20,000 nucleotides of DNA, taken from NCBI RefSeq assembly GCF_004010195.1, contig NW_025215138.1, forward strand, positions 46,423 to 66,422, read 5' to 3'. Below the pieces are notes generated by a model that saw only the letters and a list, made by a program, of their open reading frames with translations, did no database searches and was not told the origin of the DNA. This DNA is from Chiloscyllium plagiosum (taxonomy: Eukaryota). Positions 19,741 through 20,000 of the stretch are shown in pieces. How positions within the stretch are numbered: the stretch's first letter is position 1; every line of letters begins with the position of its first letter. A program made the position numbers and the translations under genes.

Positions 19741-20000
19741 TAGGGAGTTAAGAAAAAAAAATGCTTGTGCATTGACATTCATCTTTGTATCGTCTCTGGC
19801 CACAGGTAAGGTCAGAGAGGACTGGAGATTATCCAATGTTGGACCACTGTTTAAAAGTAGCAGAGGTAATCCTGGAAATTACAGGGCTGTGAGTGGTGGA
19901 GAGATTATTGGAAAATATCCTAACTACAATATCTATTTGCTTTTAGAAGCGAATTGACTTATTAGTGATAGCATGGTTTTGTGTGGGGGAGATTGTGCTT
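19741..20000 (+). mobile_element. CR1-type LINE RT N-terminal fragment (runs off the window)
   Basis: ALTFIFVSSLATGKVREDWRLSNVGPLFKSSRGNPGNYRAVS in ORF 19682..19957. Confidence 0.85.

Overview
Vertebrate genomic DNA, most likely from a shark: it carries HE1/V-SINE-type SINEs and abundant CR1/HER1-type LINE debris on a CpG-depleted background. It contains one complete, apparently intact gene that the ORF track misses: a two-exon preprosomatostatin-family gene on the + strand (exon 1 CDS 4617-4739, phase-0 intron of 12,680 bp, exon 2 CDS 17420-17617; 106 aa). The predicted mature peptide is highly divergent, the 13-mer [13 protein letters not shown] instead of [14 protein letters not shown]. 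The promoter keeps somatostatin-like elements (CRE-like TGACGT, TTTAAA box, TAAT sites) and has a candidate non-canonical REST/RE1 site at the predicted transcription start. Most of the rest is decayed, heavily nested transposable elements: CR1 LINEs, four HE1 SINEs, a second SINE family, three solo LTRs, a Gmr1-type Gypsy pol remnant with integrase before RT, and a hAT-Charlie transposon. Repeat-family names come from motif recognition, not database searches, and repeat boundaries are approximate unless TSDs are quoted.
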